Positions 14,066-27,225 are shown, numbered from the stretch's first letter. The stretch: DNA of 64,000 bases from Hydrolagus colliei (GCA_035084275.1 CM068754.1:13640001-13704000); one strand, 5' to 3'. Notes: generated from the sequence alone by a model not told the origin. Numbers and translations are program-made.

Positions 14066-15096
14066 TGCATACAAAGTAAAATACAACTTACTAAGTCATG
14101 AAGCACAACCAGGGAATAGTCTTAGGTTTGAATCAAATCTATAGATTCAAGAGGTACCTCTTAACTAGAAAGTCTACGTAATGGGAAACATGAAATGTTA
14201 TTCAGTGAATTGACTTTCAATCTTTGCATCAAATGTGCGTATGGATTAGGTATGCATTTAACAGTAATGTATTCATTAGCCAAATAAAGTCTTAAAATGC
14301 TCCAATTAGGATTGGAAAATGCAAGTTACATTTTCAGATGTAAATTAAATTTACATGTTAAGAAAGACGGAACAGAATTTATCCCAAAGGCAATAGAAAT
14401 AGATTTTTCATCTAAATGGGTTTGGGTCAATTTGACCATTCACTTTTCTTAAAGAATGTTCTAAACCTAATAGCATACCCTAAGGATTAAGTGGGCCTTA
14501 GGAATAACTGCTACATGCGGTAAATAAATTTTACCCTAAAGGCTGAAGCCATCACATGATGTGCACTAACAAAGCTCATTATTTTTCATGGATTGATACG
14601 AAGGCTAATTGCCTGAAACCCTGCAGGCATGCATCCAGTTAGTTGAAGTAACTTTTATAATGAGGAAAACAACTATTAACATTTTATTTCCCAAAATCCA
14701 GCACGTTGACTGCTTCAAGATAGTTTAACATGAAATGCGCATTTAATTTCAGATTTGAATAAGAATTCACAGGAAGGCTAGTCTTCAGAAATATTAGAGT
14801 ATTGTATTGAAATGATCTTGGAATGATATAAACATACAGTAATGTAGGGGTTGAAATCTTAACAAATATCCAGGCAAATTGATTTTTGTGTCTTTCAGTC
14901 ATCTGATGTTGTTTTGGAATGTTGTCAACTTTGTTTCCAACAAACTTCCAGCCAGTTGATTTCCTGCAACTGGTTACTATGCAGAATAGATGTTAATGTG
15001 AATGCCGCTGTTGTGTGGGGAACCGTTTCATTATCTATAGATGCACAGAGTTCTAAAAAAAACACATCTTGGCAAGAACTGTGTTTATTGCAAATT

Positions 15097-15270
15097 GGAT
15101 CTTGGCAACCGGAGAGATTTTTTTTCTTTACATGCCTTTGAATAGGTCATTGGACCACCAGTGAGCCTTCCTGTGGATTGCCCAGGTAGGTAGGGCAATC
15201 CACATAAAAACACTTTGAAGCCAGTGACAGGCTTTCACTATTTAAAAAGTTCCTCCGTTTCCAAGGACCC
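15097..15270. repeat. Imperfect ~175-bp palindrome with a perfect 12-bp core
   Basis: tgtggattgccc (15172-15183) and gggcaatccaca (15193-15204) are exact reverse complements. The outer arms also pair (gtcattgg/ccagtgac; cttggcaaccggag/ctccgtttccaag). Confidence 0.7.
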
Positions 15271-16574
15271 CTTGAAATCCTAGGTTTCACAATTGCACAA
15301 ATCCTCGAATCTATTGGAACCTGTAATAGGCTTCAAACATTCCTCAATGAAAAATAAACTGTAAAACCAGTTTCTCAATTCTTTGGGAAATGTAATTGCT
15401 TACAGGATGTTGTATCTCTTTTCAGGAAATGCCACTTATTATTCAGGAAAGGAAATGGGGTGTGTGGTAAGTGGGTCTCTTTAGGGCTGAGCCGAGTCCA
15501 AGGTGATGTGACTGGCAATGGGATATTGAAACTGAGTCATTCCTTTTGCTGTTTGCTTCCTGAGCCCAGTGGATCCACACTACATGAAGGTACTATTGAT
15601 GGCAGAGCAGACAATGATCTCAACTAGTATAGGATGAGGAATTAAGGATAGCTGATTGATTGAGGAGCTTGACCTGCAATCTTGCCCTTTAATGAATGAT
15701 CTTATCCGTAATTCCCCAGTGTAGTACTGTACACAAATTCATCTATTCTCAATTAATAATTGCTGTAAGGCTTATCTCTTTAAAATCTATTTGGGTGAAC
15801 ACATTTAGTTCCATATCATTCATTCTCTCATGTGTCAATATTTTTTTTACAGAGTCAGCTATGGTTTATGCAGCAATATAACAACAACAACAACTTTAAT
15901 TTATACAGCACCCTCCACTCTGGACGGAGTCCCAGAACACTATATACGAATATATGAATATATGTTCAATCTCTTTTCCTTAAGGATATTCAGACATATA
16001 CATTTGATCAATAGTATTTGTGCTCCCATTATGTAATGCTGAACATTACAAGTTTGTGCTCCAGATTGTTAGGCACTTGGTGCCCAAAGGATTAAGTGCA
16101 AGAAAATAGCTTCAGGCTGCAATTTCTCTGCGGGCCAAAGGATCTGTTGTAACTGCAGATGCTGTGTAAAACTTTTAATTAAAATCAATTGCCATGAGAA
16201 ATGCCACTTAAAAAATTTAACATGCAAAAAACAGACAAACTGTCCGCATAGCTTTACAGTACAGTACAGTATTATGATTTGGGTCTTCAAAGTCGTGAAC
16301 GAAAGCTTGAAACTTTGTATATATGAGATTTTGTAGTACACTTTGCTTGCTTTTCAATGCATATTCAAATGCTGCATGCTACAGTTGAATGGTTTGTTAT
16401 TTCACATTAGTAACAATTTCACATCAGTAAGAATGATCTGTTTATGGAGTGATTCTTTTTAGAAAAGGCACAGTGTTGACAGCACAACCTCACTGCATAT
16501 GGTTAGGAACCAAAGTCTCACATTTCTGAATATAATGTAATTTCTATTCTCTTTATACATGCAGTAATTATTCA

Positions 16575-16790
16575 TCTGTTGATAATAATAACAATTCTTG
16601 AATTTGATATAGCACCTTATCATGTCTTCGAAATGTCTCAAAGTACAGGATATACAGTACAATAAAGTGAATTCAGTGTATATTTTGTGGGCAAATCACA
16701 GCAACCAATTGCACACAGCATTACCCCACAAATAGTCGTAGATTGAATGACCCAGTTATTATTTTTTATGAAGGGATTATTATTATGATC
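16575..16790 (-). mobile_element. 5'-truncated SINE copy
   Basis: Reverse complement of the SINE 3' region (cttgaatttgatatagc...gcaaccaattgcacacagca...gggattattattat). Confidence 0.85.
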
Positions 16791-16877
16791 ATCACTTACC
16801 AGAAACTAGCTATTAATCATCAACTGGGCATCAGCTATTATATACCATTTGGCTGTTTACTTGTAATGTCCTATTTG

Positions 16878-16945
16878 CTGTCACTGATGAGCAGTACTGA
16901 AAGTTATGGACATTTTGGTTTTATAAACCAATTGGTTCACGTTAA
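16878..16945 (+). other. Minimal hammerhead-ribozyme-like motif, probably a Penelope-like element relic
   Basis: tgtca-CTGATGA(16884-16890)-gcagtact-GAAA(16899-16902)-gtta-tggaca, followed by ataaaccaattgg. Stem II and stem III are imperfect. Confidence 0.3.
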
Positions 16946-17289
16946 ACTTCAAGGATAGTGCTTCACCTGTCCTATCGGGTCAGTAAATTTACCAACCTTG
17001 GCAGTGCACATTTATAACTGGAACATTTCATGATAAGCACTCACAGCTAAAGTTTGTAAATACTGTACTATATCAAGGAATTATTTAATTTCTAAAATAA
17101 TGTACTCAATCATAACTTAAAACACCAAGTTCATGAAGTATTTGCCAACCTTTCACCTATAAAGTTCTATGTTTAAAAACTCGGGATTTATATGCATTTT
17201 GCAGTTGATATTCCGCATAAAATGGTCATGTTGACCATTCTTTTTCATTTATGTAAAACACTATTTGTAGACACACGGGGACACAATTC

Positions 17290-17460
17290 TATTCATAGAA
17301 TTTTGCAGCACCAACAGAGGCCCATCGAGTCTGTCCCAGCTCTTTGAAAAGAGCTATTCAAAGCCAATCCCAGTCCCACACATCCCAACTCTCTCCCCAT
17401 AATCCCGCAAACCCTTCCTCCCCAAATAACCTTCCACCTACTGTCCAACCCTGCCATAAT
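17290..17460 (-). mobile_element. CR1 LINE 3' end fragment
   Basis: catagaattttgcagcaccaacagaggcccatcgagtctgtcccagctctttgaaaagagcta is typical of the antisense 3' end of CR1 elements. Confidence 0.7.
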
Positions 17461-17640
17461 ATTCAATGCTGAGTATGGGTTTATTTAAAATGGATCTGTT
17501 GCGTCCAAATTATGCCGATTTTCAGTACAGTATTAAATGGAAGGCTTTGCTTCTGATATTCTTGAGCATTTGATCAGAGCCATGCAGTGAAAAGAGATTC
17601 TGCACTGCTACAGCTATGTTCTGTAATAAATATTACTCAC

Positions 17641-17862
17641 GAGTGAATTCTGTACGATAGCAGAATACAGCTGTCATTGTGCTGTGAAGAAATTGGGGCA
17701 AATGCCCATTCTACAGATATTGGCTCCAGCACCTTGGGCTCATAATCATTGGTAAACCTCAGGAGATGATTATAAGGGTGTGTGATCTCTTGCTGAATAG
17801 ATTCTAGTGTGCTTTTAACTGCCTGGCCATTTCCCTTGATCTGCTTCTTCCAACAATGAAAT
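17641..17862 (-). CDS. Candidate internal coding exon of an unidentified gene: (R)FHCWKKQIKGNGQAVKSTLESIQQEITHPYNHLLRFTNDYEPKVLEPISVEWAFAPISSQHNDSCILLSYRIH(S)
   Basis: Minus-strand acceptor ...tgtgctgttccttgcatagtgtgcatcctAG and consensus donor GTGAGT (17640-17635). Length is 222 bp (a multiple of 3), phase 2-2, with no stop codon. The first in-frame stop falls inside the donor itself. The sequence is unique and the composition looks protein-like. Confidence 0.5.
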
Positions 17863-20800
17863 CTAGGATGCACACTATGCAAGGAACAGCACAAATGCAA
17901 GTTTAAACCACTTAGTATTAAACTTACCCTGAAGAAAGTTATCTATGTGTTATTTAAAACAGAGCAAATCTTATAGTCAGTAGTCAGTGATATTTTCTTC
18001 AACAAAAGGAGTTTGAATACAACTTTAGATAATTTAATATTGATAAAGCATTTTGGGAACTGTATTTTTGTAAACTACAGGACATTTTCGAGCTGTTCAG
18101 CAATGAAGAAACCCAAGCTGTGTCACTATGGAAACCAATAAAACAGAACAGTATGAGCACTTGACCTAATGTGTTTTTTGATTCAATTATTGGAGATCAT
18201 CCTGCACAAACCACACAGTTCATTGTGCAAAAGTCCAAGTAATTATTATGCATGATGCATACAAATCAATTCTCCAGCCCAGCAATGGAATATTGGGATT
18301 GTTGGCATGACTTGAAGAACCAGGCCAGTCACTGGGGGATAGGATTCTTTCCACTCAGTACCTGCTAACCCTCCAAGCTAACAAGGGTTTCAGTAGCTGG
18401 AGAAGCAGTGGGAAGCTTGCCAGTATCCAAGCTGTGCAGTTTTAGCTGGTTATCTCCAACAGTTACCTCTGTGGTACTCAAGCCTCAGCTAATGCCAACC
18501 TACATCACCAACAACAAACAACAACAAAATTACATTTATAGAGTGCCTTTCACGTCAGGGGAATGTCCCTGATCTAAACTGATTGGGATTAAGCAAACAG
18601 GTTTGACCTTCCAGGAGAGTACACTCTAAATGAGACAAACACAAACCATGCATACTCTCTCAGTGGTTTGTTTGGAGACTCATAAATATGTTGATGGGTT
18701 TCTATGTGTATAAGAAATGGAGCTGCCCCCCCACCCCCCCAAAACAAAATCTCAATAACATTGACTGCCTTCCATCATCAAGCATAAAAATAGTCAAGGT
18801 TATATACTGCACCCAAAATACTAATTACTTTTTTCGTGTACAATATTTATTTCAGATTAAATTTGTATTTGTCACTCCTGGTAAATAGTTTTATGCTAAT
18901 AAGAATAAGATGAGATATTTCCAACTCTTAATTTGGGGTCATTTTAGTCACCAAAGGAAGGTGAGTTCAGAATGACAATCTGTTAATTAAAACGTTTTTC
19001 AATGATTCCTGAATTCTGACTTATGGGTTAACTCCGTTTGCCTGGTTAGAAGCATTGTAGTGTGACAATTCTCTTGAGTCAGTATTATGTATTATGCTCA
19101 GTTTAATGATGTACGAATTTTTGTTTGGCAGTTGTGCACTCTTCTGTACACTTATTGCTTCCCACTATTCATATAGGAAACCTCATCAAAGTCACACAGA
19201 ACATAAAAAAAAATTCTTTTCCATTCATTACTTTTTCTAAGGACAATATTAACCTATATGTACCCAATGTGATCCTTTTGTTGCTTGATTTTTGTTCACA
19301 TCAGAGATTGAAAACTCTTTGCCTCCATCAATCCAGTTCATTGTCATGTCAGGTCCTTGGCTACTGTCAAAAAATTCTAAATTATGTATCTCTGTTGGAG
19401 TAACTTAAGATTCATTCATTACCAAGAAAAATGCTTTGAACTCAACTCTTCTTTTTATGATGGTAATCCCATTTGACAGATGATTGTGTAGGTTTCCAAA
19501 TAACTTTCCATCTTACTATCCCCCATGAGTACTTCAAGTAAAAAGACACACATTGATGAGAATTGCTTTACTGTTGGCATTAATCACTTTGACCATCCAG
19601 AGCTTGACATTGGCATTGGGACACAGTAGCTCTGTAACAATCTTTAATATAATTTTAAATCCAATATATTCTGTAGCATTTGTATGACCAGACACAAAAT
19701 ACTGCCGTAAAGTGCAAACCATTAGCATTGTGCAGTTAAGACACCAAATGGAAAATATTTGTTATCTTATGGAATTGACTGGACCCACTCTACTATCATT
19801 AATCTCATCTATTTCCAACAGTAAACCTAACAGCCTAAGTGTGCATTCATCATCAATTGAGTTACCAGGGAAAGTGAAATATGATGTTTGTGTAAAACTA
19901 TTTAGATCCCATTAGTCTGCAACACAGCAGAAACTTCCCCATGCCATGGGTGAGCAAATTCAGTGCATTAACAAATGCTTGTTTAAACAACTGTCCTAAT
20001 TGACAGCAGGTTAATCAACAAAACCCAATGTTCAGTAAAAGGAACAAGAAGAAATATACACAAGTAACATTTTTTCAAGTAAGTGTACTTGACTGCAAGT
20101 GAAATAGAACAGACAGCTGAACCAGAATTGTACTTTAAAAATCTTTGTCTAACATCATTCTGCTCTGTTCTTCTGTCTTTTTATTTAAACTCTCTTGGAC
20201 ATAAGGGTTATTATGAGTTCAGTTTTTCAGTTTATATATTTGCAGTATGGAGATTCTTAAGACAAAATGTTATTTATGCATTTTGTAGAATGAGTTGTAC
20301 TATGCATCTTTTGTAAATTCAAAACTGATTGGATAATGAAATTACATTTAAAAATCCCAGTCTATTATTAATTATTATAAATTCTATTATACAATACAAT
20401 GATACATTTGATGAAATATTTGGATTAAATCTTCGGAGAAAATACCTAATAATGATAATTAATACCATTTACAAATGTATAATAACACTTTGGGCTAAGT
20501 TTGTGCATTTGGATGAAATAATAGTGAAACAGCATGTTTTAATGCGGATGGCAAATTCATAATTTGTCATATCACCAGGTAATGACCTCCAATTATTCAT
20601 GAAGAGTATGACAGTTAGCTAATGCAGCATAGAAGGGCCTCACTTATTCAAAGGTTCATTAAAATTGACAAATATTGAAAATGGTGTGAAACAGTTTGGA
20701 GATTGCTGTTGTTTGAACGTTACAGCACATTATAAACTGAGAACAAAACCATCATAGATTGAAGCTGCAGTATATGAGCATTGGGAAACAACATCACACA

Positions 20801-20985
20801 ATAGAGAGTTGATCTGATTTGACAATCAGTTATCTAGGTCTCGACTCTTCAAACAATTGTGGTCAGTTGTGAGCAGCTTGCAAATAACTGTCATCAGATT
20901 GGCTGTTGTCACTTCTGTCCTACAATTTCAATGAGTGTCTCACTGCAAGGCTGCTGAACTCCTAATTGGACCTGCCATCTGGAGT

Positions 20986-21288
20986 GGAGCTCCTGTAGCT
21001 CAGTGGTTAGAGCACTCGCCTTACAGGCATGAGACCTGTGTTCGAATCGAGGAAGATCAGGGCGAAACCTTGGGCAAGTTTCCTTACCCCACATGCCTAA
21101 TAATAATCCCTCCAAAAAACCCACAATAATAAAATCGGTCATTTCAATCTATGACTGTTTGTGGGACAATGCTGTGTGCAATTGGCTGCTGCATTTCATT
21201 TTACAGTATATTCTTGAAGCGCTTTGAGATGTCTAGAAGACATGAAAAGTACTATATTAAAATGCAAGGATTATTATTATTATTTATT
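20986..21288 (+). mobile_element. Near full-length SINE, short variant, with a small internal deletion
   Basis: gagctcctgtagctcagtggttagagcactcgcc...gttcgaatc (A and B boxes), gggcaagtttccttac and an (ATT)n tail. Confidence 0.92.
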
Positions 21289-21369
21289 GTTAAAAAAACT
21301 TTTTATAAGATAATACAATCAAATATATTAAATGCCTTTGTTCTCTAATGATTGAATAACCATGAAAAA

Positions 21370-23070
21370 ATTGTATTGTGGTAATTTCTAACCTTTTGTA
21401 TTTGCTGAAATGCTTTTTTCTGTTCTTTTTCCCACATGAACTCTCTTTTTCCTTTTATCAGTTCCCTTATTGGCTCTTATTTTAGTTACTTTGGGAATAA
21501 ATCTTGCTATCCAATTGACCATTCCCAAGAGCCTTTTTACTCCTTTTTTATCTATCGGTGTGGGCATCTTTTTTATTGCTTTTAGCCGATCAATTTTTTA
21601 CCCTTGGGGGTAATTATACGTTCCAAGTAGTTTACATCAGTTATGCCTATCCTGCGTTTTTCTTTATGTAGCTTTATATTTGCTTCCAAATATTTTTTCA
21701 ATACCTTCTCCAACCTTTCATCGTGTTCCTTCTGTGTTTTACCATATATCAAAATATCATCAATATAATTGACCACCCTTGGTATTTCTTCTAATATTTG
21801 TGATAACTTTGTTTGAAACGGCTCTTGTTCAAAGGGCATTCTTCGAAAACAATACATCCCATACAATGTCATAAATATTGTCAAATACATGCTATCCTTT
21901 GACAATTTGACTTGCCAATACTCTGAAAAGCAATGTAATATTGAGAAGTAACTAGTTCCATGTAGTAAAGTGTGCATATCTTCTAAAATGGAAATTGCGT
22001 AATATTCCCTCTTTATAGCCCTGTTTAACTATTGTGGATCTAAACAGATCCTTAATGATTTGTCTGGTTTCTTTATGATTACCACAACACTCACCACCTT
22101 TTTTTATTATTTGGTCCCTTTCCATTTGATATAATTTGTCTTTCAGCTTTTTTTTATTGCTTCTGGTGCACTCCTTAATGGTTCAATTACTGGTGGTATT
22201 GTCTCATCTAATTGAATCGTATATTCTTATTTCATTAATCCTCTCCTTTCAAACACCTGTTTATATTGTTCTACTATTTCTTCAGTATCATTCCAACTTT
22301 GCCTATTGACTAGTTCATCTATTTCCATTTGTTTCTCTCTCCATTGCTCTAATATTTATTTTTGTCACCTCTTCAATCCTTATCATCTCCATTGCCGATT
22401 CTAAAGTCAGGTCCCCTTTACTCAAAAGCTTCCCTCTCAATCTCCTATCATTTATTCCAACTACTATTTGGTCATGAATCATTTTGTCTCTTAATGCTCC
22501 GTAGTTGCAATTTTTTACATAGGGTTCTCAGTATCGCATAGTACTGATGAAATGATTCTGTGAGTCCCTACTTTCCTGTACCAAACTTAAATCGGTCAAT
22601 TATCACATTGTTTTTTCCACAACATCGTTCTTGCATAATATTTGTTAGCTCATTCAATGGCATGTACATCTTGTTCTAGGGTTGCAAAATATTCCCTTGC
22701 TTCCTCATCTGCTACATTCAAAAAACGTCTGCTGTTCCTGTGGCTGTTTCATTACGATTCTCTTACCAGAATCCTTTTATACATGCATCCTCCGTATTCC
22801 ATTGCCACTTATGTCGTGAAAGCAATATGCAACAGTTCTTGTTACTTGTCTGGGCAATGTTGTAGTCCACATCATCATCATCCAAGCTACAGTGGCCAGC
22901 TCACCAAACCATTCATTCAAACAGGGCCCTAAGGTGGTAAGTCAAAGTCAAGACCTTTCTTGAGTCCACTTAAGCAATTCCACATGTAGCCATCTTAGTC
23001 ATTTCTTTCAGTGCTGTGTCCAATCCCTTTCCTGTCCATTGCCAGTTGCCTTCAAGATTAATGCTTTAAA
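21370..23070 (-). mobile_element. Degenerate Gypsy/Ty3 LTR retrotransposon internal region (gag, RT, start of connection domain)
   Basis: ORF 21582-21977 contains RT motifs YGMYCFRRMPF...VVNYIDDILIYGKTQKEHDERLEKVL. Upstream on the minus strand are KKPDKSLRICLDPQ*LNRAIKREYY and gag-like LRDKMIHDQIVVGINDRRLRGKLLSKGDLTLESA. Downstream is KRLLGMVNWIARFIP. Stops and frameshifts are present and no LTRs were found. Confidence 0.92.
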
Positions 23071-24718
23071 GGAGATGAAGCTTCAGCTGTCTCTATAACT
23101 CAATTAGAGAAATTTCTCTGTCTCAGCTACCATTCCCTTGCCTCTTATACTCCAGTGTGACCTAAATCCTTCAGTGATAAACTACCTTACGGCTTTGTTC
23201 CCCCAAGGTGTGAATCTCTAAACATTTCAACCCATTACAATCCAACTTTTCTCCAGCAACAACTTGATATACAGTATCTGATTAATTCACACTTGAAAAT
23301 TAACGCTGTAAACTCAAACCATTCCAAACTCCTCTGATAAGGACAACAGGTCTGTTAAAACTCAGCTAATGCAAGTCATAAATTTCCCAACCAATACATA
23401 TTATCAAGCTAAATAAAAATAACCTCCCTATTCTTCTACAGATATATTGTTTAATTGAACATACTTGACTCTAGACAAATGTAGGCAATATTTTTCCTCA
23501 GTTTCAGATGAGCTCATGTTCCCTAATTTCATTCCTTGGAATAAAAAAATTACTCACAAGTGCTACAGTATCAACTATTTTCCATGTGTTATACTCTGTG
23601 ATATAAAATAACACTCGATATGATTGGGCCACCAATACGTTTCTCCATAGCTGTCCATCTTTAAAGATATTTCCACCTCTTTCTGGACTTTTAAGGGATG
23701 AAATATGTCCAGTTGATAGGGTTTCCATCCTTCCACTTAACCCAGGGAAATTCCTTACCAACCAGCTGGAAGGCTGTCATATAGTGAAGGACATACAAAT
23801 GGAGAAACGATGAAACAGAACAGTTTTCAACAAGGACTTTTGCAAATAAAGCTATTTTCAAAGGAAAAAAAAATCTGACATGGTCATTTTCTTCATGTTA
23901 CTTTTCTGCAATGAAACTACATTTTGCATACTTAAAACTCTAATTTGACATTATTTTGTATGGTAGCTAGCTGGAAATAACATATATTTTCAGTTTATGC
24001 TGCACCAAGACTTAGTTTGTGAATCATTTCTACTTCATGTGGTGAACCCCCATGTTGTTTTCCATTTTTACAAATGGTACTAAGCTGGTTCACCTACTGT
24101 TAAATACTGCTAGACATCTTTTAACATCTATTCCTGCTGTGCTAATAATTTTCTTCATTCAAAGGAAATGTATGTTTTTTGTTACTCCAATCGTGTTATG
24201 TTTTTATTATTCAAGTCTATGCCATACTTGTTTGCTTAAAATGTGTAGACAAGTCATCATTGGATTTCATTAATATATTCTTACGCAGAAGCATAGCTTC
24301 ATCTCACTCTTTTAATCATTTAAGCTGTGAGGGGAACAAGAGGAAATAGGCACTTGAAGAGTGCAAATGTCAACTTGCTGGCTGCTTGCGTACCTCAACA
24401 TCCAAGTAGACTCAGTAGCAGCACTCTTGCATGGTGAACACTACCCTAACCATACTGCGTACATAATGGTGAAACAGCAGCACATTTCCCATCCACTTTC
24501 TTACAAGCGCTTTAACCATGCTGATGCATTGGGGGATCAAATATTGGGTCAAATGGATAAGTACACATGAGCTGTGGTTCAATGGGCCAAAGGGCCTTAG
24601 TTCATATGCCTCAGTCTATTCTTCACCTTTTATGATTCTGCAAAGACATATGGCTATTTTTAACAGAATTATTTAATTAAGGAAACCAATCAAGGAGAAC
24701 CTTGATCTGACAATCAGA

Positions 24719-24900
24719 TCACATCAGAGCTCCTGTTAGTTTTCGTGAAGTGCTTCTGATTTCATTCTTGACTGTATCCCTGAGATCTCCTTTGAAACCA
24801 TTCTTCCAGATGTATCCCTCACCCATTTGCCTCAGATCACCACCATTGTTCAGCCCACTCCACATGTCCAATTGCCAATACTGCAAGTGTTGAACATTGC
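24719..24900 (+). mobile_element. Highly degraded L2-like fragment
   Basis: gtatccctcacccatttgcctcagatcaccaccattgttcagcccactccacatg resembles the L2 ORF2 C-terminal HITP..LHW region. Confidence 0.35.
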
Positions 24901-25506
24901 GCTGTTTCTCATGCAAGAAAAAAGCAATCGAACAGCTTGCAAAGTGCAGAGAAAGGAATCTGCTTTACTGTAAATATTAATAAAGCTTGGGCTTCATCCC
25001 AGCCTCCACAGCCTCATTGGGCTATGAAGGCTAGGCTAGCTTTGTGTTCCCCTGATTGCTAGGTTAGTAATTCTGTTCCCTTTATTGTGTTCCCCACAAG
25101 AGGAAACATCAGAGAAATCCTGGCTCTGGCAATTACAGGCAGCTGGACCAGCAGGGAAGAGACAAATTGCTTTGTGGGATGGGGAAACAGAAGTAGCAGG
25201 AAATGTTGGCTGATTATTATTGCTGCTTCCCCACTTGTCAAGGTGGCAGCTTCCATTTCTGCTGAGGGGTATTCAGTGGAGCAGTAGTAGACAACGTTGC
25301 CCGATTCAGTGAGATGGAAGATGCAACTGTGTTAATTCACCAAGCAAGACCAAGGCCTTGCCATGCTCATCTGAGTGTCTCTTTGTGAGAAGAGTAATAG
25401 TGGCAAGTTGGGAGTTCACATCAATATCAGGTCAGCCATTCCTAGCAAATGAAATGCATGTGTGGCATTTCAGCCTGTGGCAGGAGAAAATCCCATATCA
25501 GGATGT

Positions 25507-25522
25507 TGTGTGTGTGTGTGTG
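25507..25522 (+). repeat. (TG)n microsatellite
   Basis: About 8 TG units. Confidence 0.9.
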
Positions 25523-26965
25523 TAAGAAAGAGTTGTACATGAGATAAAGTAAAAATATAAAAGCGCAACAAGCAGTTGCCTCAGCAGGTGAGAGTCCTAC
25601 TGTTAAAATACAAAAATGTATCAGCTGTTCACGAGATCTTTGATAGAGTGCGCTTAAACCATGAACTTAAACCTTGAAACATCCTCCCAGTGTGAAAGTC
25701 ACTGTACAAATGTATTGTTATTGCTTTTGATTCAGTACATGGCAATGATGGTTGATCCATCGCAAATAATGCCAATTCTAGTTCTCCAAAACTATAATCT
25801 TTGGACTATGCGGAAACTGAAACATCGAAAGAAAAGATAATGTAATTTAAATCTGGCAACTTTTTTTTAAAATCATACAACACCAACTTCTGAAAGGTTC
25901 AAAAAACAGTTACACAATTATTTTGAGAACAACGTTTTTTTTTGCTTAATTGGGCTGGTCTCAAATCAGTTACAAAGCTCTGAATTTTTGCTTTGTTTGC
26001 TTCTTGTCATGCTGTCTTGAAACTGCAAGTAATACTGTGAAAGAACAATACTTTATGACATCTGCGTTGACGGCCAGTGACTCCACTATCTCCCTCCAGC
26101 ACATTATTCATGGAAACGCTCAGTTTAATTAGCTATTTAATATTGTAGTCAAAACTGGGTCATCCCTGTGTCAAGTCTCAGAAAATTACTCAGCCAGAAT
26201 TTATTTCCAAGCACCCTTTTTAATTCTATGGAAATCATTGTGTAACTTGCACATTGCTACAGTTCCAAATTGCGTAAAAATGCCAGCTGAATTGGTTAAA
26301 AGGCAACCTTTATGAAAATATGAAGCCTGAACAAGCATGTACTGAGCTAAGAGAGTGCAATACTTTCACTGTCATTTCGCCTTTTGAAAAATTGAAGCAT
26401 TTTTATATGTAAATATGCCTTACATGTTTTCAAATGCATTTCCCTCAATTTGCTTAGGATATTTGTAGCTACAAAGCTTGGCAGATTGAACCAATGGTGC
26501 CTTTGGTTCAGTGCCTTGGGACGTCCTCCCAATGTGAAGGGCACTCTATCAATGTAATTTTGTTGTTGTTGACGGTGCAAGTAAGATGGAATTCAAGAAC
26601 ATAGTTGGGCTCAAAATAGTTATAGTACTTTGGAGCAGACTTGTTTGAAGTCTTTGTTATAAACTCTAGTTTTTCAAACAAAAACAATTCTCTCTTTTTG
26701 GCTCAGATAAATTGGCAGCACACAGTTTAGGAAACTTATTTTCTCCCCAATGTCAACATCAAATGCTTTCTGGTGAGGGATAAAATGCCAAATCCATTGG
26801 CTTTAATGGGCGATGTATATGCCATTTTCTGCTTGCTAATTTCAACTTCTTTTTCATACACATTATTGTGCTTTCATTGCTTTCAAAAGGGCAAATGTTT
26901 TTATGCAATAGGCATATTTTGCCATATTCTGCCCCCATCTTCAACAGTCCACGCTCAAAGGAATC

Positions 26966-26998
26966 AATGTCAAATTAATGTCAAATCAATGTCAAATT
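26966..26998 (+). repeat. 11-bp tandem repeat, three copies (aatgtcaaatY)
   Basis: aatgtcaaatt aatgtcaaatc aatgtcaaatt. Confidence 0.9.
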
Positions 26999-27049
26999 AC
27001 ATACATAGAATCTATAACAGTGATTGATAAATCTGTGCTGCTGTTGTTT

Positions 27050-27225
27050 ATACTCCATGCATCCTGATCCCCTCTTCCCAATCTCCCCATATCCCTCTAT
27101 TCCTATTTGCTTCATCTGCATCAAGTTTCCTGTGAAATGCATTGAAGTTTTCCATTTCAATTGCAGCTACCGGTTCTGACTTACACATTACTCACCACCT
27201 TCTACATAAAGAACATCCTCCTATT
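27050..27225 (-). mobile_element. CR1 LINE 3' fragment
   Basis: ctccccatatccctctattcc...ttacacattactcaccaccttctacataaagaacatcctcc is antisense of the FF.QRVV..WN region and 3' UTR. Confidence 0.65.

Noticed and set aside
19770-19916. Minus-strand open stretch WDLNSFTQTSYFTFPGNSIDDECTLRLLGLLLEIDEINDSRV after an acceptor-like site
   Set aside because: An in-frame TAA lies immediately after the acceptor.
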